Shown here one piece after another: positions 1-9,610 of a stretch of 64,000 bases of DNA; the first letter of the stretch is position 1; every line of letters begins with the position of its first letter. The DNA lies in the NCBI GenBank assembly GCA_965209155.1, contig OZ242383.1, positions 1,952,001-2,016,000 of the forward strand, read 5' to 3'. Position numbers and translations under genes: made by a program. This DNA comes from a bacterium (lineage in GTDB: Bacteria; SAR324; NAC60-12). A model generated the notes under the pieces. That model had not been told where the DNA came from and did not search any database. It was given only the letters and a program-made list of their open reading frames with translations.

Positions 1-77
1 TTTACCTGCGCACTGTCTTCAAGCGAGAGCAAGGGCGAGAGCAAACCGGTTGAATCCCCTGATAGAGGAGGGCCCCC

Positions 78-920
78 ATGAAACTCAGGATCAAATCCAA
101 ACATTTATTTGCTGTTTTCTTTTCCTTCTTGTCCCTGCTTTGGGTGATTCCGATCGTGATGGTTTTCTTAATCTCCATGAAGGACAACCGGGAATACCTG
201 GTGACGAAGCTGTGGGAACTGCCAGAGAGCATCTGGCCGCTCTTCAGAAATTGGGAAATAGCCATGGAGAAGCTGCACCTGGCCCCGGCTTTGTTAAACA
301 GCTTTATATATGCTGTGGGCGGTTCGGCCATGGGCGTTTTTTTGGCATCGCTGGCGGCCTACAGTTTGGTTAAGTTAAAGGTAAAGGGGAGGTTTTTTTT
401 GTTTATGGTTATCTTTAGCGGGACGGTCTTTCCCTTTCAGATCTACCTGATTCCTTTATTCAAGGGTTATCTTGTGACCGATCTCTATGACTCGAGATTT
501 GGCATGCTACTGATCTACACCACCCTGATGATTCCGTTCTGTCTTTTAGTTTTTCACAGATATTTCTCCACCATCCCGGATGAATACCTCGAAGCGGCTA
601 AGATCGACGGCGCCTCCTCATTCCGGGTCTATGCGGCGATTGTCCTGCCAATGTCCAAAGCTCCCTTGATTATCCTCTTCCTCACCCAGTTCACCTGGAT
701 TTGGAACGACCTCTTGTTCGCCCAGTTGCTCACCATTTCCGTTGAGATACGTCCGGTCATGCCCACGTTGGCGTCACTCAACACTCATACCATGTCTATT
801 TTTGGGTTGCCCACTGTCATGACCGCCGTCCTGATTGGCTCACTGCCCATGTTGATCCTGTTTGTCCTCCTGCAGCGTTATTTTATGAAGGGGCTGGTGC
901 TGACCACGGCAGGCGAATAA
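78..920 (+). CDS. Carbohydrate ABC transporter permease (MalG/UgpE-like)
   Basis: 280 aa hydrophobic ORF with EAA loop 'IPDEYLEAAKIDGAS'; GAGGAGG RBS upstream. Confidence 0.9.
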   Translation: MKLRIKSKHLFAVFFSFLSLLWVIPIVMVFLISMKDNREYLVTKLWELPESIWPLFRNWEIAMEKLHLAPALLNSFIYAVGGSAMGVFLASLAAYSLVKLKVKGRFFLFMVIFSGTVFPFQIYLIPLFKGYLVTDLYDSRFGMLLIYTTLMIPFCLLVFHRYFSTIPDEYLEAAKIDGASSFRVYAAIVLPMSKAPLIILFLTQFTWIWNDLLFAQLLTISVEIRPVMPTLASLNTHTMSIFGLPTVMTAVLIGSLPMLILFVLLQRYFMKGLVLTTAGE

Positions 921-1060
921 AGAACTCTAAATTGAACCAGCTCTGGCTCAAATAGCAAGGAAAGACGAAAATCCAGTTTCAACGAAAGAAATGACCGATC
1001 TCATTAATGCCTCTTCGATCACGCCGATTCTCCAAGAAGCGATGGGCCCGTTCGATCCGC

Positions 1061-1136
1061 CATGATGATCGAAGTGGACCGGTATCAGTGATCGAAGTGG
1101 GCCGGAATCGGTGATCGAAGTGGGCTGAAATATGCA
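1061..1136 (-). mobile_element. Orphan IS21-family end (three 23-bp subterminal repeats)
   Basis: Reverse complement TGCATATTTCAGCCCACTTCGATCACCGATTCCGG... closely matches the left end of the IS21 at 19652. Confidence 0.8.
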
Positions 1137-1197
1137 ATCAAAGGAAACAACATAAAATGATTCTCCACTGGGAATGAAGAGGAGGGAGGGCCAATGA

Positions 1198-1746
1198 ATG
1201 TTTGTCAACAGGCAAGAAGGATGTAATAAATTGAGATTATTTCGGCATCACAAAGCGCTGATGGTTTTGGAACCTTTGGTCTTGGAGAGCCGGGAAGAAT
1301 TGACAGAAAAAATACCTCAATGGAAAGCCACTCTGGAGACCTTGGATTCCCCTGAGTCCGAAAAGAGGCATTTGATAGAATTGTTAACCTATGCTATTGT
1401 AGAGAAGTTTTCTAAACTGACGAGAGAGGAGATAGAGAAGATGCTCAAACTGACCCCATTGGACGAAACCGTCGCCGGAAAAGAACTGATCCAAATCGGA
1501 AAATCACAAGGTTTGCAAGAAGGTCGAGAGGAAGGTCGAGAGGAAGGTCGAGAAGAAGGTCGAGAAGAAGGTCGAGAGGAAGGTCGAGAAGAAGGTCTGG
1601 AAAAAGGGAAACTGATTGGTCAAATCCACATGACTCAAAACCTTCTCAAACAAGAGAGGACTCCTGAAGAAGAGTTGATTCAAAAAAGGAGAGAAGGGTT
1701 ACAAAACCTGCTTCAACAGCTTCAATCTCAACTCAATCGCTCCTAA
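1198..1746 (+). CDS. Rpn/YhgA-like putative transposase-nuclease, C-terminal part (probably 5'-truncated)
   Basis: 'LTREEIEKML...ELIQIG' followed by (EGRE)n low-complexity repeat typical of Rpn/DUF2887-type tails; no N-terminal PD-(D/E)XK region seen. Confidence 0.6.
   Translation: MFVNRQEGCNKLRLFRHHKALMVLEPLVLESREELTEKIPQWKATLETLDSPESEKRHLIELLTYAIVEKFSKLTREEIEKMLKLTPLDETVAGKELIQIGKSQGLQEGREEGREEGREEGREEGREEGREEGLEKGKLIGQIHMTQNLLKQERTPEEELIQKRREGLQNLLQQLQSQLNRS
1519..1596 (+). repeat. 12-bp coding tandem repeat GAAGGTCGAGA(G/A), about 6 copies
   Basis: Directly visible; encodes EGRE repeats. Confidence 0.9.
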
Positions 1747-2022
1747 GCAAGCTCAAGCACTTTTTGTGAAAGATGATTATTTTGAGTGCGCATCAGTCCT
1801 TGAAATGATTCGCTCTGAATCCCTTGCTTTTCGCTCTTGGAAGGGCAGGATTGCCCCATATTTTCAAGGACAGACACAGAGAGCAGCGAGGATCAAGTCC
1901 TGGATGAGACCAGCACTCGCCCCTGAGGAATTAAGGTGAGCAAGAATAATTCGCTCAACTCAGGTTTTTATTTCTCATAACCTTTTTCAGGAGGTACTGC
2001 AAAATCCTTATCTCGAACTCAG

Positions 2023-2470
2023 GTTAACTATTCAGGTATCTTCAGAGAACCCATCGAATTGAGCACAGATTTTGCGTGGCATAAAGTCCAGAAAGGTCCT
2101 TATGCTCTCGAAAGTTCAAAAATATATTGATTCCCTTTCATTGATTCCCCACCTCGAGGCTCTTCAAGAAGCCAGTCAACACTTTGAAAAAGAACGAGAG
2201 CCATGGAAGCAAGAGCGCTTAGCACTCTGATTTACCTGATTGATAGATTTTTAATTATTTTTTACGAATCCTGCTTTTTTTTCATTTGGGGGTTGACATT
2301 ATGCAAAAAATATAAATTGCCAATATCATGCCTTCACTAAGTTGTTTTAGTGAAAAAGAGGGTTCCCGATCGATGGAACCATATCGTGGGAGGACTTGAA
2401 AACGATCGATCCTCTCCGGGAATCTTTTTAATGATAACTGAACGGGTTTTTCAGAGACCTGAATAGTTAC
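2023..2470 (+). mobile_element. IS66-derived non-autonomous element, copy A
   Basis: Ends G(T)TAACTATTCAGG ... CCTGAATAGTTAC; contains 5' fragment of the transposase seen at 18549 (MLSKVQKYI...EALQEA) and a conserved cargo also at 6798, 7080 and 15240. Confidence 0.75.
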
Positions 2471-2480
2471 AGAAAGATAT

Positions 2481-3569
2481 ATGTTGAAGAGAAAAAATGA
2501 GCATGGCGGCAACATTTCCGGACTGGCGCAACAATATGGTTTGGATATAAATGAGATTATCGACCTCAGCAGCAATATTTCCCATGTTGTTCCTGAAATG
2601 GTATTGGACTGCCTTGAAAAAAATTTGAGGGCCGTTCAGCATTTGCCGGAGCCTTATTCTGAAAGCGTGCTGACGCAATTGTCTCACCACTATCATCTTC
2701 CAAAACCTTTCGTGGTCTGCGGGGCGGGAACAACCGAGCTGATCCAGGGAATGAGCTATTGTCATGCGGCTCAAACGGTTTTGATTGTTCAACCAACTTA
2801 TACGGACTATGAGAAGTATGCCTCACTTTATGGTTGCAGGATCGTCGAGCAGGTTTTGAATGCGAATGAAAATTTTTACTTCGACGTCGAAAAATTTGAG
2901 GAGATGATTGCCGGTGTTCAACTGGTTTTTATTTGTAATCCCAACAACCCAACGGGAACCTTGATCGACCGACCATTGATTCTCACGCTTTTAAAGCGCT
3001 TTCCCCAAGTGATTTTCGTATTGGATGAGTCTTACATGCCATTTACTTCCTCCGAATCGACTCATTCATTGTTGGGCGCAGGGCAACGCAACCTGGTCGT
3101 TCTACGTTCTTTCTCCAAAATTTTTGCCGTACCCGGATTGAGAATGGGATGGTTGTATACGCCTAATAAGGAGCTTATCAACGAATTGCGGAGCTTTTTG
3201 TCTCCCTGGTCTTTGAACTCGCTGGCCCAAATCGTAGCGAAAAAATTAATCGGGTTTGAAGATCCATCTTTGACGGAACAAATACAAAATACGAAAAAAA
3301 AATTAATTGAACGGATCGCCCCATTTTCCTGGCTTTCCCCTTATCCCAGTCACGCCAATTTTGTTCTGATCAAGTCGCTCAGTTATTCTTCCAAAATGCT
3401 TTTTGACTATTTTGCGCGCCATAAAATTTTGATCCGTGATTGCAGCAATTTTACAGGTTTGGATCAATCATTTATTCGTTTTTCCATTAAAGATGAACGC
3501 AGTACCCTGAAGGCAGGAGCAATCTTCCAACAATTGAATGAAAATGCAAACCCGACTCTGAATAGATAG
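2481..3569 (+). CDS. cobD: Threonine-phosphate decarboxylase CobD / HisC-like class I-II aminotransferase
   Basis: 'EHGGN...IIDLSSNI', 'CNPNNPTG', 'LDESY', 'LRSFSKIFAVPGLRMG', 'ILIRDCSNF'. Confidence 0.75.
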   Translation: MLKRKNEHGGNISGLAQQYGLDINEIIDLSSNISHVVPEMVLDCLEKNLRAVQHLPEPYSESVLTQLSHHYHLPKPFVVCGAGTTELIQGMSYCHAAQTVLIVQPTYTDYEKYASLYGCRIVEQVLNANENFYFDVEKFEEMIAGVQLVFICNPNNPTGTLIDRPLILTLLKRFPQVIFVLDESYMPFTSSESTHSLLGAGQRNLVVLRSFSKIFAVPGLRMGWLYTPNKELINELRSFLSPWSLNSLAQIVAKKLIGFEDPSLTEQIQNTKKKLIERIAPFSWLSPYPSHANFVLIKSLSYSSKMLFDYFARHKILIRDCSNFTGLDQSFIRFSIKDERSTLKAGAIFQQLNENANPTLNR

Positions 3570-3698
3570 ATTCTTCCTTAATTGAAATGCGAATCAGGAG
3601 TTGAAATTTAATTAATCTCATTAAACCACAAGCTCTGCTGGTGCGAACCTAATAGGCTTTGCCGGTCAGACATGAGAAACGTATCCGTGTCCGTTAGC

Positions 3699-4099
3699 CG
3701 TGCTCGTGCTCGTGAACGGTCAGTGAATTCGACGGCACATTTTGGTTAACATAGAAACAATGCGATGAAGTAACTGTTTCCCTTCGTCAAATAAAGGAGG
3801 CTGGATGATCTTCAACACGTTTAAAACATCGAGAATAGCAGCGCATTCCATTGCGGAACCTCGGGCAAATGCATAGAATCGTTGCTTGTCAGGAAAGGAA
3901 TTTTTTCCACAGCCTTCTGCGATATTGAGAGGAATCGACCATGAGGTCCTTTTCAGTTGGTCAACTAAGGCTGAGTATCCTTTTGGCAATGTTTCGATGA
4001 CTTGGACAGATAACGCTAAAAATTCGATGGAACATTGGTATACATCGATTTTTTCATGATCTAACATGGCAGCCTTTTTCGTTCACGAGCACGAGCACG
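3699..4099. repeat. Perfect 20-bp inverted repeat of 6-mer units (CGTGCTCGTGCTCGTGAACG, 3699-3718 / 4080-4099) bracketing a four-helix-bundle gene
   Basis: Directly visible; degenerate CGT-periodic units extend outward on both sides. Confidence 0.9.
3720..4067 (-). CDS. Four helix bundle protein (23S rRNA IVS-protein / Avd-like family)
   Basis: 115 aa; 'HEKIDVYQ...DQLKRTSWSIPLNIAEG...ARGSAMECAA'. Confidence 0.88.
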   Translation of the reverse strand: MLDHEKIDVYQCSIEFLALSVQVIETLPKGYSALVDQLKRTSWSIPLNIAEGCGKNSFPDKQRFYAFARGSAMECAAILDVLNVLKIIQPPLFDEGKQLLHRIVSMLTKMCRRIH

Positions 4100-4204
4100 T
4101 CTTACGATGACGAACACGTTTTGCCCCCATCCTGGGGGCCTCTTCAAGCCACCGGCTCTGCCGGTGGTGATGACTTATAAAATCAATAATTTAATAATTA
4201 TGAT

Positions 4205-4393
4205 GTGTCATGCCGGTCCCGGATCATCAGGCATCCAAAATATCACCCGTATTCCCCTGGATTGCTGGTCAAGCCAGGAATGACACGTTTTTTGACTCCT
4301 GATTCGTGGTCAAGCCAGGAATGACAAGTTTTTTGACTTTGGATTCCTGGTCTGGGCCAGGAATGACAAGTTTTTTAACTCCTGATTCACGTA
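4205..4393. repeat. REP-like GTCATTCC/GGATTC..GGAATGAC palindromic repeat cluster ending in AACTCCTGATTCACGTA
   Basis: Three 'GATT..TGGTC..GCCAGGAATGACA' units; the family recurs at 34790, 42330, 43390, 52490 and 61190. Confidence 0.75.
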
Positions 4394-4516
4394 CTTGAAT
4401 TAGTGATATAACAGGCAAAATCTGATATTGTTGATCACTCAGCCAAACGTCCGAAACCGGTTTTGTTTGCGCGTATAAAAGTACGAAAGTCAGTTATTTT
4501 TTTCAGGAGAGGCCTC

Positions 4517-4891
4517 ATGGCACAAAACACAAAGAATAATGGAAACAAAAAAAATCAAAGTGAATCTTTAGAAGAAAAATCGTCTGATCCGTCCGCCAGT
4601 GTTGAAGAACTTTCTTTCCAGGAGATTGGTATTCGATTGATTTATTCCCTCCTGTTTTTAATTATTTTTGCGCTGGTTGAAACCATCGTACAGATCACCG
4701 TATTATTTCAATTCATACACCTCTTTCTTGTTCGCCGGGAAAACGATGCGGTTCGCGATGCCACCAACAAATTGTCAACTTATGCTTATAAAGTAATTCG
4801 TTATCTGACAATGAACGATCATCAACGTCCCTTCCCCTTCACCGATTGGCCTGAGGCCTTGGAACCCCCTGAAGAAAAGGAGATCGACTGA
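4517..4891 (+). CDS. DUF4389-like membrane protein
   Basis: 'RLIYSLLFLII...VLFQFIHL...N..LSTYAY..IRYLT.ND..RPFPF.DWP'; AGGAGAGG RBS. Confidence 0.7.
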   Translation: MAQNTKNNGNKKNQSESLEEKSSDPSASVEELSFQEIGIRLIYSLLFLIIFALVETIVQITVLFQFIHLFLVRRENDAVRDATNKLSTYAYKVIRYLTMNDHQRPFPFTDWPEALEPPEEKEID

Positions 4892-4976
4892 AAAAGAGGG
4901 TGTCGGGTTTGCAGACTGGTATTGTTGGAACTCGGATATTCCAGTTTGCAGCCCTGACTTATTGTATTTGGTAGAG

Positions 4977-5249
4977 ATGAGAAAGCGCTTGAATATAACG
5001 GTCCACGGCTTGGTACAGGGAGTTGCTTTTCGCTATTATACCGTGGAAAAGGCGCAGCAATTGGGCCTCAAAGGCTTTGTGAAAAACCAACCAGATGGTA
5101 CGGTTTATATAGAAGCGGAAGGAGAAGACAGGGTGTTGCGCGATTTCGTAGCCTGGTGTCGTCAGGGTCCCCCTCACGCAAGGGTTACGCAAGTCTTGAC
5201 TACGGAAAGTGATCGTCAACCCGATCAGGGATTTGAAATACGATACTAA
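4977..5249 (+). CDS. acyP: Acylphosphatase
   Basis: 'VHGLVQGVAFRY', 'GFVKNQPDGTV', 'GPPHARV'. Confidence 0.92.
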   Translation: MRKRLNITVHGLVQGVAFRYYTVEKAQQLGLKGFVKNQPDGTVYIEAEGEDRVLRDFVAWCRQGPPHARVTQVLTTESDRQPDQGFEIRY

Positions 5250-5452
5250 ATCCAACCCAGGAGATTTTTTCTCCGGGCAAAATTCTCACTGATGCATAGC
5301 ATTATAAAATTTTATTCCAGGGACGGAAGGCCAGCAGGCGATCCCTTTCAGCCCCCTCTGCATTCTTTTAATTTCCCGGATGATTCTTGATTTATTTATC
5401 AAAATAATCCTGCTATAATTAAAAAATTTATAATTATAACAGGGTTCATCCT

Positions 5453-6691
5453 ATGAAAAAAAATGTGTTCTATATCCCGAGGGAGCTGGAAACAGCAATT
5501 GAGCTTTATCGGAATTCCCCGGAAATTTTTGCCATCATAGGGACCAGGCAATGCGGAAAAACGACGTTGGTGCGGCACATCATGCAGGGAATCAAGGGGA
5601 AGCGGGTGGTGTTTCTGGACTTTGAGGATCGGGATGAGCTGAATCTGTTCACAAGCGATATTAAAGCGTTTGCCAAACTCCATGTGGAAGGCAAAGATTT
5701 TTTGTTTATTGATGAATTTCAATATGCTGCTAAGGGGGGGAAACAACTCAAATATCTCTACGATCATTTTCCCATCAAAATCATCATTACCGGTTCTTCG
5801 GCTACAGAACTCTCCATCCAAAGTATCCGGCACCTGGTCGGCCGCATTTTTGTTTTCACCCTGCACCCTTTTTCTTTTTATGAATTTTTAAGTTACAAGG
5901 AACCGAATTTGGCAGAACTGATCCGGACCGAGCCAGCGCTCAGTTCAGTAATCATCGAAAGGACACAGCCCTATTATCAAGAATATCTCATCTATGGGGG
6001 ATATCCCCGAGTGGTGTTGGCAGACTCGTTCCAGGAAAAAGAGGTGGTCTTGAAAAATATTTTTCAAACCTACCTCCTCAAAGAGATTCGACAAATCTTG
6101 AACTACCGCCATGATCTCAAACTCGAAAAATTAATTCGGGCACTGGCTTTCCAAGTCAGTGGTGTTTGTAATTACAATGAATTATCAGGATTGACGGGGT
6201 TGAAATATAGAGAACTCCTGGAGGCCCTCGATATTCTCACCAACACCTTTGTGGTGAGCCCTTCTCGCCCGTATTTTACAAACAAACGGTTGGAATTGGT
6301 CAAATCCCCCAAATTCTATTTTATCGACAATGGATTTCGCAATAGTGCGATCAAAAACTTCAGGCCTCCTGCAGAACGCAGTGATCGAGGGGCGCTTCAT
6401 GAAAACTTCATTGCCGCAGAATTGCTAAAAAAGGATATCGAGCTCCGGTATTGGCGTACCAAGTCCAAAGCCGAGGTCGATTTTATTATCGACCAGGGAA
6501 ACCAATTGCTTCCCCTGGAAGTGAAAACCCAGCCAGGGGGCCCCCGGGTGTCCCGCTCCTTCCGCAGTTTTATCGACAAATACCATCCCGCTCAAGCCAT
6601 CATTGCCTCAAATACTTTTTTTGCAAATGACACCCTGGGAGAGACTGCTCTTTCTTTTCGTCCGCATTGGCAGGTCATTGCCGATTTATAG
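5453..6691 (+). CDS. AAA_14 + DUF4143 ATP-binding protein
   Basis: Walker A GTRQCGKTT, Walker B FIDEFQ, 'GGYP', 'KSPKFYFIDNG', C-terminal 'EVDFI...EVK'. Confidence 0.88.
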   Translation: MKKNVFYIPRELETAIELYRNSPEIFAIIGTRQCGKTTLVRHIMQGIKGKRVVFLDFEDRDELNLFTSDIKAFAKLHVEGKDFLFIDEFQYAAKGGKQLKYLYDHFPIKIIITGSSATELSIQSIRHLVGRIFVFTLHPFSFYEFLSYKEPNLAELIRTEPALSSVIIERTQPYYQEYLIYGGYPRVVLADSFQEKEVVLKNIFQTYLLKEIRQILNYRHDLKLEKLIRALAFQVSGVCNYNELSGLTGLKYRELLEALDILTNTFVVSPSRPYFTNKRLELVKSPKFYFIDNGFRNSAIKNFRPPAERSDRGALHENFIAAELLKKDIELRYWRTKSKAEVDFIIDQGNQLLPLEVKTQPGGPRVSRSFRSFIDKYHPAQAIIASNTFFANDTLGETALSFRPHWQVIADL

Positions 6692-6797
6692 TGCGTACCC
6701 TCACTAATGAACTACCCCGCGGCACAAGCAGCGGGGTATCCCACTGTAAAAACTATTCTCTCAACGAAGCAACGGTACGCCTGATTCGCATTTTTTC

Positions 6798-7301
6798 GTA
6801 ACTATCGCTTTTTGGCTCATGATCATAAAGAAGCGGATCTCCCTGATTGATAGATTTTTAATTTTTTTACGAATCCTGCATTTTTTTTTAAATTTGGGGG
6901 TTGACATTATGCTAAAATATATTGCCAAAATCATGCCTTCACTAAGTTGTTTTAGTGAAAAAAAGGGTTCCCGATCGATGGAACAATATCGTGGGAGGAC
7001 TTGAAAACGATCGGTCCTCTCCGGGAATCTTTTTAATGATATTTAACTGAACGGGTTTTTCAGAGACCTGAATAGTTACTTTTTTTTTACGAATCCTGCA
7101 TTTTTTTTTAATTTGGGGGTTGACATTATGCAAGTAGTAGTAGTGCTATAATCATACCATCACTAAGTTGTTTTAGTGAAAGAAGAGGGTTTCCGATCGA
7201 TGGAACAATATCGTGGGAGGACTTGAAAACGATCAGTCCTCTCCGGAAATTTTTTTCAACGTTATTTGACTAAACGGGTTTTCAGAGACCTGAATAGTTA
7301 C
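6798..7301 (+). mobile_element. Two tandem copies (B 6798-7079, C 7080-7301) of the IS66-ended element cargo
   Basis: Starts GTAACTAT; each copy ends CAGAGACCTGAATAGTTAC; near-identical to 2240-2470. Confidence 0.8.
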
Positions 7302-7767
7302 CTTGAAATTAAGAATTTCGGCTTGTTTTTCGTTTTCTTTTTTGATAATTTTCAACGAAATCGCCTTGGGCTGACGGTTTTATTTCAATGTCGCTCCTAT
7401 TGATTGAGCCGAAAGTCATGTAAAACCTCATCTCCTCCCCAGAGGATTTTTAGAAATGGTCCACGGGGAATGGAAAAGGGCAAAAAAAGCTTGATTAACA
7501 TTTGCAAAGCGATTATATAATATTTTTCCAAGTTCCGGGAACGCAACGTTACGGGGGAATTTTGGACATCCGTGATGCCTGAGTATGTCCTGTTTTCGTT
7601 CATTTTTATAAGGAGAAGCCTATGGAATAAAACCCGTTTTGAAACAGCTAATGGGCGCGTGAGAGCGTCATTTTGTCATTTATTTTTTTAAGGAAAATCT
7701 TATGAAATCGAAAATCGCTATTCTGTTAATGCCATTTATTCATTCATTTATTTTTAAGGAGAATCTT

Positions 7768-9579
7768 ATGAAATCGAAAATCGCAATGTTTAATCTAAAC
7801 CACAAATCAACCTTCAGTTCAACCCTGTTGGCCCTCATGCTGGTCCTCCTCCTGGGAGGAGCAGGCTTCCTGGGCAGCCCGGCCTGGGCAGCCGAAATAA
7901 AAGGCTTTTCGTCGGAGGCGGCAATGAACGCCGGACCGGAATACGGTGGGACGATTACATACTTGAATGATAGCGGGCAGGGCCCGCCTAACTCGTGGGA
8001 CCCCGTTGACAACCAAGGTACAACAATGCTTCATGTCTCACCGTATCTGGAGACCCTTCTTATTGGAGACTTTGAGAAGTATGGGCCACGCGGCACCAAT
8101 GAGTTTCCGTTCCGAATGATGAGTGGGCATGTTCCTTATCATATGTATAAAGGTCTGTTGGCTGAAAGCTGGACGGTGCCCGATCAGAACACAATTATTT
8201 TCAAAATACGTCAGGGAATCATGTTCCAGGACAAGCCGGGAGTAATGGCAGGAAGGGAACTGACAGCGGAGGATGTAGCTTATAGCTACAATCGCAATCT
8301 ATCGTCAGGAAATATGCTCAGCTTCTATGAGCCGTTCACGACGATAACCGCTACGGATAAGTACACGGTTGAAATCAAGATGTCCTCATGGGTGCCTGAT
8401 TGGACGTGGAAGATAGGAACCTATAGGTTTTATCCGTATCCTCGAGAGCTGGTGGAGGCGGGGATAGGTGACTGGCAGAATCATATTGGGATAGGGACGG
8501 GCCCGTTTATGCTCGAGGACTTCGTGGAAGGTAGCTCGGTAACTTACGTAAAGAACCCCAATTACTGGGACAGTTACGTATACAATGACAAGAACTATGA
8601 GATTCCGTTTGTCGACCGTATCGTAAAAACTCTAATAGAGGAGCCAGCCATCCAGATCGCTTCGTTACGAACAGGGAAGATTGACATGATGAGTGGTGTT
8701 GGCTCTCAGTACGTCCAGACGCTAATGGATACAAGTCCCGAAATAGAGCTTATGGAGGCTTTGGAGCCCAGGGGTTACTTAGTGGGCATGAGGCTGGATA
8801 GAGAGCCCTTTGACGATGCCAGGGTGCGGCTGGCAATGAGCATGGCTATAGATCGACAGGCCGTTATTGACAAAGTATGGGATGGTAAGGGATCTATCCT
8901 GAACTTCCCCTACCATTCAAATTTGCCAGAAACTCTCTATACTCCCCTGGAGAAGCTACCGGGATCAACTCAGGAGCAGTTTGAGTATAACCCGGAGCGT
9001 GCGAGGCAACTGTTAGCCGAAGCGGGTTACTCGAATGGTTTCGAGACCACCATACAAATGGATAATCGGGAGGCTTTATCGGATATAGCTGTATTACTGG
9101 TAGCTTTCTGGAAGGATATCGGAGTCGACGTTTCAATTGACGTGCAGGACCGGACTAGTATGGGTTCCATTCTTAGAACAAAAAAACATGAGCCGGTTAC
9201 TCTGTTTACTCACGGGGGACCAGCTGATCAGTTTTCTCCTTTAAGTGTATACATTTTCCCGAAGTTCGTTTTAAATACATCTTCATCGACAACGAAGTCG
9301 ATCGTGATGGATGACCCTGAATTGCAAGAGCTATACGATCGGGCATTCGGTACAGTGGACGTCGTTGAACAGCAGAAGCTGCTCAAGGAGTTGTCGCAGA
9401 AGATCTTAGCGGGAAATTATTACGCTATTGTGCCAACTGGACATGTAAACCTGGCTCACTGGCCATGGTTAGAGAACTACTACGGCGAAGACGGTGAATC
9501 CGTTGGCGGCCTTCAACGCGGAGTGTTTTCTCGTGTCTGGATCAACAGCGCTTTAAAGCAAGAATTAGGGGGAGAGTAA
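7768..9579 (+). CDS. ABC transporter substrate-binding protein, family 5 (DppA/OppA-like)
   Basis: Signal peptide ending 'PAWAAE'; 'GLLAESWTVPD', 'TAEDVAYS', 'GTGPF', 'PFDDARVRLAMSMAIDR'; alternative starts at 7702 and 7786. Confidence 0.9.
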   Translation: MKSKIAMFNLNHKSTFSSTLLALMLVLLLGGAGFLGSPAWAAEIKGFSSEAAMNAGPEYGGTITYLNDSGQGPPNSWDPVDNQGTTMLHVSPYLETLLIGDFEKYGPRGTNEFPFRMMSGHVPYHMYKGLLAESWTVPDQNTIIFKIRQGIMFQDKPGVMAGRELTAEDVAYSYNRNLSSGNMLSFYEPFTTITATDKYTVEIKMSSWVPDWTWKIGTYRFYPYPRELVEAGIGDWQNHIGIGTGPFMLEDFVEGSSVTYVKNPNYWDSYVYNDKNYEIPFVDRIVKTLIEEPAIQIASLRTGKIDMMSGVGSQYVQTLMDTSPEIELMEALEPRGYLVGMRLDREPFDDARVRLAMSMAIDRQAVIDKVWDGKGSILNFPYHSNLPETLYTPLEKLPGSTQEQFEYNPERARQLLAEAGYSNGFETTIQMDNREALSDIAVLLVAFWKDIGVDVSIDVQDRTSMGSILRTKKHEPVTLFTHGGPADQFSPLSVYIFPKFVLNTSSSTTKSIVMDDPELQELYDRAFGTVDVVEQQKLLKELSQKILAGNYYAIVPTGHVNLAHWPWLENYYGEDGESVGGLQRGVFSRVWINSALKQELGGE

Positions 9580-9610
9580 AGGGAAACCTTAACTAAGGAG
9601 GCAGAGAAGG

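Noticed and set aside
2300..2470. Cobalamin riboswitch upstream of cobD
   Set aside because: No B12-box recognised; the sequence is multicopy and bounded by IS66-type ends
6708..6742. TACCCCGC...GCGGGGTA hairpin as an IS200/IS605 element (similar hairpin at 4148-4167)
   Set aside because: End-like hairpin only; no tnpA/tnpB or partner end identified
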